64,000 nucleotides of DNA, taken from a bacterium. Its GTDB lineage: Bacteria; Electryoneota; JAOADG01. Under the pieces are notes generated by a model, which was not told the origin of the DNA, did no database searches, and worked only from the letters and a program-made list of their open reading frames with translations. The stretch lies in the NCBI GenBank assembly GCA_963681965.1, contig OY820579.1, positions 1,152,001 to 1,216,000 of the forward strand, in the 5' to 3' direction. This document shows, one piece after another, positions 20,624-30,312 of this stretch. Position numbers and translations under genes: made by a program. Numbering within the stretch: position 1 is the stretch's first letter; every line of letters begins with the position of its first letter.

Positions 20624-21753
20624 TTTCGGGATAGTTCCACAATCCACTCCGCTACTCGTCGAGAGGCACCTGGACCACCCAATCGATCGCGAAGCGTGGA
20701 AAATTTCGCAACCTGTTTTTTACCGCTTTCACCAAGTAGATCGATGATGTCTTGCGTGAGACGAGCAGGTGTCGCATCGTGTTGAATCCGTTCGGGAGCG
20801 ACCAGTTCGTTCATAACCAAGTTTGCTAGTGCAATATAGGGAACATGAACAACTCGTTTCCCAATCGCATAAGTGATTGGCGACGTTTTGTACAGAACAA
20901 CCATCGGAGTGCCGAGTAGTGCCGTTTGTAAAGTTGCCGTTCCACTGGTCACTGCGGCACAATCGGCAGCCATAACCGCGATAGTCGCATCATCGAAGAT
21001 TAATCTGGCACCGACTGCTTCAAGCGGTGCATAAAGCGATCGCGGTTGCTGAGATAATGCCGGAACTAAAGCAATAATCCCAGGATATCGTTGTTTCAGG
21101 AGCTTCAACGTGGTTGACAATAGTTGTGTGTGACGCTCAATCTCTTGTTTCCGACTACCGGGAAGCATCGCAACAACAATATCGTTTGGCAATAATCCTA
21201 GAGTCTTCCGAGCTTCAACGAAGGTTCGCTGCGATGGTAATTCTTCCAATAGTGGGTGACCGACGAAGCGGACATCGAATTTGACATCGCGATAACTATC
21301 CAACTCGAATGGAAATACGACTGCCAATCCATCGTACCGTTGAGCTATCGTAGGAATTCGACCGGCTTTCCATGCCCAGACTTGGGGACTGATGTACCCT
21401 AGGAGTTTCGGACGGCGGGGATTTCCAGTGAAAGCTTTATGTACCCAATGTGCAAATCGAAGATTAAAACCGGGATAATCGATTGCGAGTATTACATCGG
21501 GTTGCCGTTCGAGCACAGCTCTTCGGAGCCGTTCCTCGTTGCGGTAGATCGTTGGGAGGTGTGATAGTACCTCGTAAAATCCCATGACCGACATTTCGCG
21601 AGTGTCGACCACTGGCTCGCAACCAACGGCTTGCATTGCTGACCCACACATTCCCCAGCAGCGAACCTCAGGAGCGATTTCGCGAAGTGCCGCAACAACT
21701 CCAGCGCCATGTAGATCGCCCGATGTCTCGCCGGCTAGGAAGCAGATATTCAT
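20620..21753 (-). CDS. lpxB: Lipid-A-disaccharide synthase
   Basis: AGETSGDLHG, IDYPGFN, SPQVWAWK, FVGHPL, PGSR..E and SGTATL. Confidence 0.95.
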   Translation of the reverse strand: MNICFLAGETSGDLHGAGVVAALREIAPEVRCWGMCGSAMQAVGCEPVVDTREMSVMGFYEVLSHLPTIYRNEERLRRAVLERQPDVILAIDYPGFNLRFAHWVHKAFTGNPRRPKLLGYISPQVWAWKAGRIPTIAQRYDGLAVVFPFELDSYRDVKFDVRFVGHPLLEELPSQRTFVEARKTLGLLPNDIVVAMLPGSRKQEIERHTQLLSTTLKLLKQRYPGIIALVPALSQQPRSLYAPLEAVGARLIFDDATIAVMAADCAAVTSGTATLQTALLGTPMVVLYKTSPITYAIGKRVVHVPYIALANLVMNELVAPERIQHDATPARLTQDIIDLLGESGKKQVAKFSTLRDRLGGPGASRRVAEWIVELSRK

Positions 21754-21765
21754 GGCGGTGGGGTA

Positions 21766-22350
21766 TTACCAGCATTTACCACGCCAGATGGCGTAGCAGA
21801 TCATGAGCACGAGCATCGAACCAGCGCTAAAAAACGTCGAACGTTCACTCCGAAACGACTCGCTCCAATCCGATTCACGTTCCGACTGCGGTCGAGTACG
21901 ACCTCGGAGGGGAAACAGTGAGGGTACCGATTGGCGATAGGTGATGTATTGTTCGCCGAATAACTCCACGAGGGTATCCTCTTCGAGGGAGATAATCAAT
22001 TTATATTGAATGGTAAAATATATTAGAGTCAAGGGTAACAACCAATACAACTGTTCTCCACCTATGGTTGCGACTCCCAGATATATCACCACGTTTCCAA
22101 AGTAAAGCGGGTTGCGAACATAGGCATAGGGTCCACTTGTAACCAAGTAAGGGGCACCCACTGATCTTGTCCGGGTGGCACCACCAGCGTGTGCTACCGC
22201 CCACAACCGGATCGATTCCCCAATAATCATCAGGATAACGCCGATTCCCATCGAGATTGGAGATGGGTGGGCAATGAACAGTAAAATGATGACAATTGGA
22301 ATTGGGGTAAACGATCGCGTTCGGAAGACAAGATCGCGAATATCGGGCAT
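21766..22350 (-). CDS. Isoprenylcysteine carboxyl methyltransferase (ICMT/Ste14)-family membrane protein
   Basis: GESIRLWA, LVTSGPYAYVRNPLYFG and EEDTL...FGEQY..YRQSVP. Confidence 0.88.
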   Translation of the reverse strand: MPDIRDLVFRTRSFTPIPIVIILLFIAHPSPISMGIGVILMIIGESIRLWAVAHAGGATRTRSVGAPYLVTSGPYAYVRNPLYFGNVVIYLGVATIGGEQLYWLLPLTLIYFTIQYKLIISLEEDTLVELFGEQYITYRQSVPSLFPLRGRTRPQSERESDWSESFRSERSTFFSAGSMLVLMICYAIWRGKCW

Positions 22351-22512
22351 TCTATTCTCCTGTACGGTTTTCACCGAAATCGACTAGATACAATTGGAAG
22401 ATAATATAAGCCGGAAAAATGACTACAGGTATCTTTCGAATTGTGATTTGCATTTCTCTAATGTAATATTGGAAGACATAGTAAAGAATATCATCAATTT
22501 TCTGTGGATATT

Positions 22513-22980
22513 ATGACTCCTTTACCCATCGGGACAATCGAGCGCCGCTTTCGGTTGTTTTTACAAGGACGGGGTCTCAGGGTAACGCCTGAGCGCATTC
22601 AGATCCTATATGCAGTTTTAGAAACAGAAGAGCATCTTCAAGCCGATGAGCTGGCTTTTCGCTTAAAGCGAGCCGGCTCGCGCGTGTCGAGAGCTACTGT
22701 TTACCGTACGTTGGTGCATTTAGTCGAAGCTGGACTCGTCCGAAAGGTCGATTTCGGCGAGGGTCATGCCCATTATGAAAATGCCGTCAAAGGAGATGGA
22801 CATCACGATCACTTAATTTGTGAAACGTGCGGTAAGGTGATTGAATTTCTGGATCCTCAAGTGGAAAAAATCCAAGAGGAAATTGCTGCTAGGTATCAAT
22901 TCCTGTTAACCGGGCATCAATTCCAATTATCCGGGACCTGTGAGGACTGCCGAAAACAGTTGGTAAATAATACAGATTAA
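22513..22980 (+). CDS. Fur-family transcriptional regulator
   Basis: RVTPER, SRATVYRTL, HHDHLICETCG and CEDC. Confidence 0.93.
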   Translation: MTPLPIGTIERRFRLFLQGRGLRVTPERIQILYAVLETEEHLQADELAFRLKRAGSRVSRATVYRTLVHLVEAGLVRKVDFGEGHAHYENAVKGDGHHDHLICETCGKVIEFLDPQVEKIQEEIAARYQFLLTGHQFQLSGTCEDCRKQLVNNTD

Positions 22981-23107
22981 GTAGTTAGCGACTATCTTTT
23001 TCGAAAGATATGGTGTATATTTCCAAGTTATTCAATTGTTCTCTTGCGATCGAATTTTATTAGCAGTTATGAAATTAGCGAATTGATTTAATAGAAAGGA
23101 AAAGAGA

Positions 23108-26100
23108 ATGGCACCCATGCTTCGCAAGGCGTTGTTCTTTTTGGGGATGTTGATCGGAGCGATCGCATATGCCCAACCGGTCGATTTCGATATTACCAAC
23201 TTAAATGCCGAAACTGGTGACCCGGAGCACTTGATTTTCGATCAACTTGGTACTGCCCTTCCCGAAGGCTGTATCGTTTTCGCAATCATGGACTCCCTGA
23301 ACGATGGTATTTCAACACCACTCGCCAACGGTTTTCCCAGTGCCGACGATGATGTTGTAGCAATGTTCCGCGTGTGCGATGGTACTGATCCAGCTTATCC
23401 CGGTACATACTGGAAGACGCTAGCATCATTCCGATCGACGGAATGGACTCCAGGTACTTTCCTTTGGGGTCGTAACATTTATCTTCGAGCTTTCAATACG
23501 ACAGATTCTCTTATTCCTGCAGGTACTTGGTATAGCGACGCTACTCTTCACAATGGCGTTTTCGCGACCGCACCATCCGCAGCAGCCATTATTGACGGAT
23601 GGGAGTGGCCGGCTACGATGACCCATCGTACTGCAGGTGTTGCGCCACGTCGAATCGATGCTAGCGGATCTGCATCCTGGACGATTGGAGCGGTGGTAGA
23701 TATCCCGTTCCTCGCCGTGGGCTTAACCGGAAGTATTGCAATCGATATCCAGCGCAATAATCCTAGTACTACGTGGTCGGAAATTGGAACGGCATTGGTT
23801 ACCGATACCGTGTTCCATTGGACAGTTTCCGGTCCTGCGACATCGAATGCTAGATTGCGTATTCGATCAGTCGAACAACCGACATTGGTCTCTCAGTACA
23901 CCGAACAAATTTCCATTTCTGCTGCCTCAGGTATCACAATATCGCATCCGCAAAATGGCGATACGACAATTGTTGGTCGCACATTTAACATCCGGTGGCG
24001 TGCGAGCGGTCTAACTGGTAACGTAACCGGTCAATTGGATCGCAACTATCCATCAGGAACGTGGGAAACCCTCTTTACTTCTCCAATCACCGACACGTTA
24101 TATACTTGGACGGTAACTGGACCAACGACCAATATGGCTCGCGTCCGATTGATTTCCGTTACCGAGCCGACGATGGGTGACACTAGTTTCAGCGAATTTT
24201 TGATTACCGCACCAGCGATTACCGTTACATATCCCGCGGCATCGTATGACACAATCGGTGTACCGATTGCATTGCATTGGACGAGTCAATACATCACTGG
24301 AAACGTTCGCATTTCGGTGAATCGTCGTTATCCCAACGGCGTGTGGTCGACGATTATGGCATCCACTCCGAACGATGGTATCGAAGCGTGGATTCCTGTA
24401 GGTCCTGCCACCGATAGTTTGAAAGTTCGAATCGAATCGATCGACAATCCAGCAATTTATACCATTTCCGATGTATATAGTCATTTGGTCAACCCGACGA
24501 TGATGTTTACATCTACAACGTTGGGTGAATCGCCGTCTCCGACAATTGATTCGGTGATTATTGGTCGTACCGTTAACATCGGTTTCAATCTGCAACAAAG
24601 TCTTGTAGGAACCGTCTCGCTGAAACTGAATCGGACGTATCCGACCGGAACTTGGGAAACGATTGCTTCGAATATCCCGGTGACCGATACGTTGCGAACT
24701 TGGGTATCGAATCGTCCGATTTCCAATCAAGCTCGCTTCCGTTTAGTATCTTCCTACGATACTTCGGCACATACCTCTAGCACACACAACTTCGTCGTTT
24801 ATGCACCAACCATTAATGTTACATACCCCAATGGTGGTGAAACCTTTATCGTTGGCACGAACGACACGATTCGCTGGAATAGTTTCCAAGTCACCGGCAA
24901 CGTTCGGATTTACTTGAGCCGAACTGTTGGTAACTGGACATTATTGGCTGACAACGTACCGAATACCGGTGTGCTTGGTGGAACTGTTACCGAACCGGCA
25001 TCGACCACCGCGAAAGTCAAGATTGTTTCGATTACCGATACCCTCGTTTCTTCAACCAGCGCAAACTACTTTACGATTGCACTTCCGACGATTGCACTTA
25101 ACCGTCCGGCAGGCAACGAAAACTTTGTGATTGGTCGCCCTGAGAATGTTATTTGGCATAGTTCGCATCTTTCCGGTACGGTTCGGATATTGGTGAATCG
25201 TAACTATCCCTCGGGAACTTGGGACACCGTGGCAATCCGTCCTGCCGCCGATACGGTATATTCATGGTTGGTCTCCGGTACTACAGGTACATTCTTTGCC
25301 AGAATGAAGATCGAGTCGGTTGAAATGCCCAGCGTCTTTGTGGTTGGAGCGAATAACTTCCGAATCTCGATTCCAACTTTGACCTTACTCCGACCGATTG
25401 GTGCCGAAAATTATGTTATCGGTAGTACTGAAACAATCCGTTGGTCTAGTCTGAACATTACCGATAGTATTCGTGTTGATATAAATCGATCATATCCGGA
25501 TACCGTCTGGACGACATTGGGTACTTACCCTGTCACTACCACTACTGTGAATTGGGTAGTCACCGGTCCGGCTACGTCGACGGCACGTATCCGCTTGACG
25601 TCGCGCGAAATTCCCAGTCTTACGAATATGTCCCCCGCCAATTTCGCGATTGTTGCACCGACGATCAGTGTAACTCGACCCAATACCGCTTTGACTTTTG
25701 TCGTAGGTCATACCGAAACAATCAATTTTAACGCGTCGTTTGTTTCCGGTAGTATACGAGTTCTGCTCGATCGGAGTTATCCGTCAGGAACTTACGACAC
25801 GTTGGCAACAGTTGCGAACACTGCGACTTCGCTTCAATGGTTGGTTACCGAACCTGTGACTACTACTGCGAGAATCCGAGTTGAGTCAGTCGACAATACC
25901 TCGGTATTCGCTGTCAGCAGTTCGAATTTCTCGATCGTTCTGCCGATGTTGACGTTATCAGGTCCGAATGGCGGCGAAGTATTAATCGTCGGTAAGAACG
26001 ATACGTTGCGTTGGGAGCAAACCGATTTAGTAGGTCGGGTATTGATTGAATTAAATCGCTCGTACCCAACGGGAACTTGGGATTATATCGATTCAGTGTT

Positions 26101-27397
26101 AGCGACTCAAGGAAATTACATTTGGAGTGTTACGGCACCGGTGACAACGACTGCACGATTCCGTATTTCGTCGCTGGCAGTACCGTCCATTGGCGATACT
26201 TCGAACAACAATTTCCAGATTCGATACCCGAGTATTACGGTAACTCGCCCGAATGGTGCCGAACAGTTTGTACTGTTTACAACGCAACCCATCACTTGGA
26301 CGACTCAGTATATCGACACCGGTTATGTGAATATTCAAATTAATCGCAATTATCCTACCGGTGCTTGGGATTTACTGGCATTGGTGCCGGCTACTAGCGA
26401 TACCTTCAATTGGCTTGCAACTGGTGTTACATCGATTCGTTCCCGAATTCGAGTGATTTATCGTGGTATGCCTACGATCGTAGGCGATACTTCCAACGCC
26501 AACTTCAGCATCGTTTATCCGACGATCACCGGCATTCAACCGGGCGCTGTCGCAAACGACGTATTAATGATTGGAAAACCATTCCCGATTAGGTGGTTTG
26601 CGCCGAATCTTGACACAACGGTCAATATTCAAATTAATCGCAACTATCCATCAACGACATGGGAACAAATTGCCCGAGTGCCTGGTCGCGATACGCTGTA
26701 CAATTGGACAGTAACTGGACCCATCGCAGCAAGTGCAAGAATTCGTGTTCAATCGGTAAGAAATCCATCGATCGTTGCCGATACGAGCGACTTCAACTTT
26801 GCGGTCGTTAAGGGTCTAACAATCACTTATCCGAATGGTGGTGAACAGGTCAGTAACAACATCACTGTGCGTTGGACACATGCGGCTCAAATCGCAGATA
26901 CATCGCACGTCGTACTTGAAGTGAACGAAGCGTATCCGGGAACGAATTGGCGCTCGATCGGTCGCCCGCTTGCCGTTACCGATACTTTTGCATGGACAAT
27001 TCGCGACTCCGCTTGGACTGAAACCGCACGATTCCGAATCTCATTAGTCGGATTCCCGTTGGTAGCAGATTCCAGCGATGCGAACTGCTTCATTCGTGGC
27101 GTTTCGGCACCGGAACAATTGGTTGTGTTGCCGAAGGAATTTGCATTACAAAATGCATATCCGAACCCGTTCAATAATTCGATCTCGTTTGCAGTTGCCG
27201 TTCCGCGCGAAGCCGAAGTGAAGATTCGCATCTTCAATATGCTCGGTCAGCAGGTGGCAATGGTACATACCGGTCGAATCAACGCCGGTTACCACCGCTT
27301 CATTTGGAATGCCACCGGTAATGCTACTGGTACTTACATCGTCAGGATGGAAGCGCCGAACTTTACCAAGGTTCGTATGATTCAATACATTCGGTAA
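23108..27397 (+). CDS. Large secreted protein with about 12 tandem ~95-aa beta-sandwich repeats and a T9SS-type CTD
   Basis: Signal peptide, repeated 'PNGGE...W...NRxYPxGxW...W.V..P.T..AR.R' units and 'NAYPNPFNN' CTD. Confidence 0.88.
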   Translation: MAPMLRKALFFLGMLIGAIAYAQPVDFDITNLNAETGDPEHLIFDQLGTALPEGCIVFAIMDSLNDGISTPLANGFPSADDDVVAMFRVCDGTDPAYPGTYWKTLASFRSTEWTPGTFLWGRNIYLRAFNTTDSLIPAGTWYSDATLHNGVFATAPSAAAIIDGWEWPATMTHRTAGVAPRRIDASGSASWTIGAVVDIPFLAVGLTGSIAIDIQRNNPSTTWSEIGTALVTDTVFHWTVSGPATSNARLRIRSVEQPTLVSQYTEQISISAASGITISHPQNGDTTIVGRTFNIRWRASGLTGNVTGQLDRNYPSGTWETLFTSPITDTLYTWTVTGPTTNMARVRLISVTEPTMGDTSFSEFLITAPAITVTYPAASYDTIGVPIALHWTSQYITGNVRISVNRRYPNGVWSTIMASTPNDGIEAWIPVGPATDSLKVRIESIDNPAIYTISDVYSHLVNPTMMFTSTTLGESPSPTIDSVIIGRTVNIGFNLQQSLVGTVSLKLNRTYPTGTWETIASNIPVTDTLRTWVSNRPISNQARFRLVSSYDTSAHTSSTHNFVVYAPTINVTYPNGGETFIVGTNDTIRWNSFQVTGNVRIYLSRTVGNWTLLADNVPNTGVLGGTVTEPASTTAKVKIVSITDTLVSSTSANYFTIALPTIALNRPAGNENFVIGRPENVIWHSSHLSGTVRILVNRNYPSGTWDTVAIRPAADTVYSWLVSGTTGTFFARMKIESVEMPSVFVVGANNFRISIPTLTLLRPIGAENYVIGSTETIRWSSLNITDSIRVDINRSYPDTVWTTLGTYPVTTTTVNWVVTGPATSTARIRLTSREIPSLTNMSPANFAIVAPTISVTRPNTALTFVVGHTETINFNASFVSGSIRVLLDRSYPSGTYDTLATVANTATSLQWLVTEPVTTTARIRVESVDNTSVFAVSSSNFSIVLPMLTLSGPNGGEVLIVGKNDTLRWEQTDLVGRVLIELNRSYPTGTWDYIDSVLATQGNYIWSVTAPVTTTARFRISSLAVPSIGDTSNNNFQIRYPSITVTRPNGAEQFVLFTTQPITWTTQYIDTGYVNIQINRNYPTGAWDLLALVPATSDTFNWLATGVTSIRSRIRVIYRGMPTIVGDTSNANFSIVYPTITGIQPGAVANDVLMIGKPFPIRWFAPNLDTTVNIQINRNYPSTTWEQIARVPGRDTLYNWTVTGPIAASARIRVQSVRNPSIVADTSDFNFAVVKGLTITYPNGGEQVSNNITVRWTHAAQIADTSHVVLEVNEAYPGTNWRSIGRPLAVTDTFAWTIRDSAWTETARFRISLVGFPLVADSSDANCFIRGVSAPEQLVVLPKEFALQNAYPNPFNNSISFAVAVPREAEVKIRIFNMLGQQVAMVHTGRINAGYHRFIWNATGNATGTYIVRMEAPNFTKVRMIQYIR

Positions 27398-27415
27398 TAA
27401 AATTCAGTACAATGA

Positions 27416-27446
27416 AAAAGGCGGACAGCAGTGTCCGCCTTTTTTT
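27416..27446. terminator. Bidirectional terminator (REP-like stem)
   Basis: AAAAGGCGGACA-GCAG-TGTCCGCCTTTT between convergent genes. Confidence 0.8.
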
Positions 27447-27470
27447 ATTATCAAGAACCACTAAAGAAAC

Positions 27471-27965
27471 CTAGACTAATGGAACATTGTGCTCGTAATC
27501 GTATGCAAACGGCAATTCTTTTCCCATCAACCGCAAGTACACGGAAAGCTGTCCTCGATGATGAAGATGCTCGTCGTAGGTGAATCCGAGCATTGTTGCC
27601 CACGGGAATTCGCCGTAGAAAACATGGATGATTTTCTGTAAATCGGCATCGGAAGCATTCTTGACAGTATCGACGTGCAATTTGCGCATCTTTTTGGAAT
27701 ACGCGACAAGTTGAGCGACGGTGTAACCCTGCAACTCCTTCGTAATAGCTTCCTGATCTTCATTCTTGATCTCACCCTTCTTGACGCAAGTGCAAGTGAG
27801 TTGAATCCCTTCCAGTAAATGCACGACAAGGTCGCGTACCGTTCGCATATCGTCGCGCGGTTTCCAATTCAAGTCTTCATCGCTAAGCAATTCGAAGTAC
27901 CGTTCGGTGATACCGCTGAACATAACAAAATTGTCGGCTAATTGATGTAACAGAGGGTCAGGCAT
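27471..27965 (-). CDS. DinB family protein
   Basis: WKP...MRT..DLVVH and HLHHRGQLSVYLR. Confidence 0.88.
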   Translation of the reverse strand: MPDPLLHQLADNFVMFSGITERYFELLSDEDLNWKPRDDMRTVRDLVVHLLEGIQLTCTCVKKGEIKNEDQEAITKELQGYTVAQLVAYSKKMRKLHVDTVKNASDADLQKIIHVFYGEFPWATMLGFTYDEHLHHRGQLSVYLRLMGKELPFAYDYEHNVPLV

Positions 27966-28018
27966 AATATATCCTTTCAGATTAATTATGATAAAAAATG
28001 ATTTGTTCCGATCGACGA

Positions 28019-29542
28019 TTAAGGTGTTGGGTACTTGATTTGATAAATCACCGCATCGAAGCTCGGATTATACTTCGGATTCATTTTATGCAAAATCTCG
28101 TCGACAAACGATGGTGGAATCCGTTTCATTTCCTGCAGCGATTGGCAATACTGCAGCCATTGCTGTTTACGTTGTTCACGATTTTTATCGAGGTAAATAA
28201 TCAAATAATTGGGTCGTGCCGCATTTAATTTCAGATCATTGCAGACACTCTGGAAATTTTCATCGTTTTTTACTTCGACGAAATACTTACTTTTTCCCCA
28301 AGCATCACCCAAGTAAAACCATGGTGCGAGAAACCCTTTTTCACGTTGGTCGAGAATCGCGCCGGTAACGCCAGGTTCATGCTGTAATGCTGCCAGCGAT
28401 ACGATTTGAGCATGTTTATTGTAGGTAAACAATACAATTGTCATGACCGGGAGGTTGAGGATCCAGAAGGCAATTAAACTACCCCGTAAAAAACGTGGCG
28501 AGAGTTTCCAGCGCTCGGATCGAAGCCAGTAGTAGATTCCGACTACCCCCAAAATGATTAGTTCCGGGAGAATGGTCGCGATAAAGCGTTCCTGCTTGTT
28601 CGGGATCGCTGAATGAATTGCTAAAAAGACAATCGTTGCGCCAAACATGAGCGGTACTTTTCGCCACGATTTAAAAAATCCGATGAGCAGCAGAAAGCTG
28701 AATGGCGGAAGAAACACTCCGAGAATTAATAACAAATAGTTGTACCATGGGCGAGTGATGTAATCGCCAACCGCGCCAGCGTTGTAAAGAAAGTATCGAA
28801 CGGGATTGGCATAGGGTGTACCGAATGCGAACCAGTCGGCAAGTCCTAACGGAATAGTACCGATTAATGAACCGACAGTGAACCATAATGCTGCCGTATA
28901 CCGTCTGGTGAGGAGTAGTGCGGCAAATGCACCGACACCGCAAAATCCTGCCTGATAACGTAACGTGAAACTGATTCCGAGAAAGATACCTGCGGCAATC
29001 CAGCGTTTTGGATTCCGATCTTGTCCAATTCGTTCCGCCATTGCTAGCGATAGCAACAGCGGTACCGAAGAGACCACTTCCGGAAGCTGTCGGACGCTAA
29101 AATTCGGAGCGATCCAAAGCAGTGCTAGCAGCCAACCGGCTAAATTGGCAAATTTTCGGTCGGTCAGTGTTTCGACCAGTCGATATCCAACCCAAATGAC
29201 CGGTAACGACCAAAAGACATGCAGGATACGAACCAATGTCATCATCACCAGCGTATCGGTGAGACCGATTGCATGGCAGAGCTTGAAGAACAGGAAGTGA
29301 GCGCCCGGGTAGAGAATTGAATGACCGGAATAATTAGGATCGGTTAACCATGCAGGATCGCCATTCAACCACTTCCAGGCGATGTGTACGACCAGAAAAT
29401 GATCGTCGGAGGCGATATAACCACCACTGAAAAGCGCAGCGAGTAAGCGGGCAATAAAGGCGACACCGAGAATTACATATAGTGGGTTTCGGCGATACCA
29501 TTCGGAAATCTGATCGGTCATTGAATGTAGTGGTTTACTCAT
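28019..29542 (-). CDS. GT-C fold glycosyltransferase (Alg9/PIG-B-like mannosyltransferase family)
   Basis: Many TM segments, a DDH motif in the first loop, 'RYQ', 'PWYNY' and 'HSAIPNKQERF'. Confidence 0.75.
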   Translation of the reverse strand: MSKPLHSMTDQISEWYRRNPLYVILGVAFIARLLAALFSGGYIASDDHFLVVHIAWKWLNGDPAWLTDPNYSGHSILYPGAHFLFFKLCHAIGLTDTLVMMTLVRILHVFWSLPVIWVGYRLVETLTDRKFANLAGWLLALLWIAPNFSVRQLPEVVSSVPLLLSLAMAERIGQDRNPKRWIAAGIFLGISFTLRYQAGFCGVGAFAALLLTRRYTAALWFTVGSLIGTIPLGLADWFAFGTPYANPVRYFLYNAGAVGDYITRPWYNYLLLILGVFLPPFSFLLLIGFFKSWRKVPLMFGATIVFLAIHSAIPNKQERFIATILPELIILGVVGIYYWLRSERWKLSPRFLRGSLIAFWILNLPVMTIVLFTYNKHAQIVSLAALQHEPGVTGAILDQREKGFLAPWFYLGDAWGKSKYFVEVKNDENFQSVCNDLKLNAARPNYLIIYLDKNREQRKQQWLQYCQSLQEMKRIPPSFVDEILHKMNPKYNPSFDAVIYQIKYPTP

Positions 29543-29636
29543 ATTCGGTTCGTTATCTTTCTTCCATTGGAAAACAGTCGATCGATTCACATCGAATTAA
29601 AGTAATTGTCAAAAGTATTCGTTCAAAGGGGAAGTT

Positions 29637-30104
29637 ATGCCTCGAATCATCCGCAAAACCTATCGATTGAAAGCTCCGTTGTATCGGGTGTGGCCATATT
29701 TTGCCAGCGGAACCGGTCTATCATCTTGGTTTTCCGAACGTGGTACACTTCTCGAACCTCAAGTTGGCGGACGAATCGTGATCTATTTTGCTGGAAAAAA
29801 CGAGATCGCCTCCGGTACCGTCACTGATTATGTACCGGGTAAAACGTTGGCATTTCGCTGGGAATTAGGGAATCTAACCGGTCGCGACGAATTTTCGAAT
29901 GTTCGCTTCGATCTTTCGGAAGAAGTACAGTCAGACGGTTCCGTTCAAACAGTGGTGAAAATGGTGGATGAAGGGATTCCCGAAGATCCTGCATGGATTG
30001 AATACTACGCTGGAACGCAGTCAGGATGGAGTGTCTACTTGATGAATCTCAAATCAGTTGCCGAAACCGGATACGATTTGCGCGATGTAATGCCGACATG
30101 TTAA
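29637..30104 (+). CDS. SRPBCC/AHSA1 domain protein
   Basis: APLYRVW, GLSSWF, PGKTLAFRW and GW..YLMNLKSVAETG. Confidence 0.85.
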   Translation: MPRIIRKTYRLKAPLYRVWPYFASGTGLSSWFSERGTLLEPQVGGRIVIYFAGKNEIASGTVTDYVPGKTLAFRWELGNLTGRDEFSNVRFDLSEEVQSDGSVQTVVKMVDEGIPEDPAWIEYYAGTQSGWSVYLMNLKSVAETGYDLRDVMPTC

Positions 30105-30312
30105 TCAGTGAAGCATTTTTCAGAAAGTAGTCAATCGAAAAATGCTGTGAGGTGCTAGCCACTTCCATTGCGACTAAATCACATTTACCAGAATTCTCCC
30201 ATTTTATTGCTTTTCGCGTTCCTCTGCAAAGACCTCTGCTTGCAAAAACCGGCTTTTCAGTTGTATTTTAGTCGAATATTTACGACTATCGGCTTTGCAA
30301 GGAGTCCCCGTT

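Noticed and set aside
13000-27397. Diversity-generating retroelement template/variable repeats in the repeat proteins
   Set aside because: The repeats differ at synonymous positions generally, not at adenines only, and there is no reverse transcriptase in the window.
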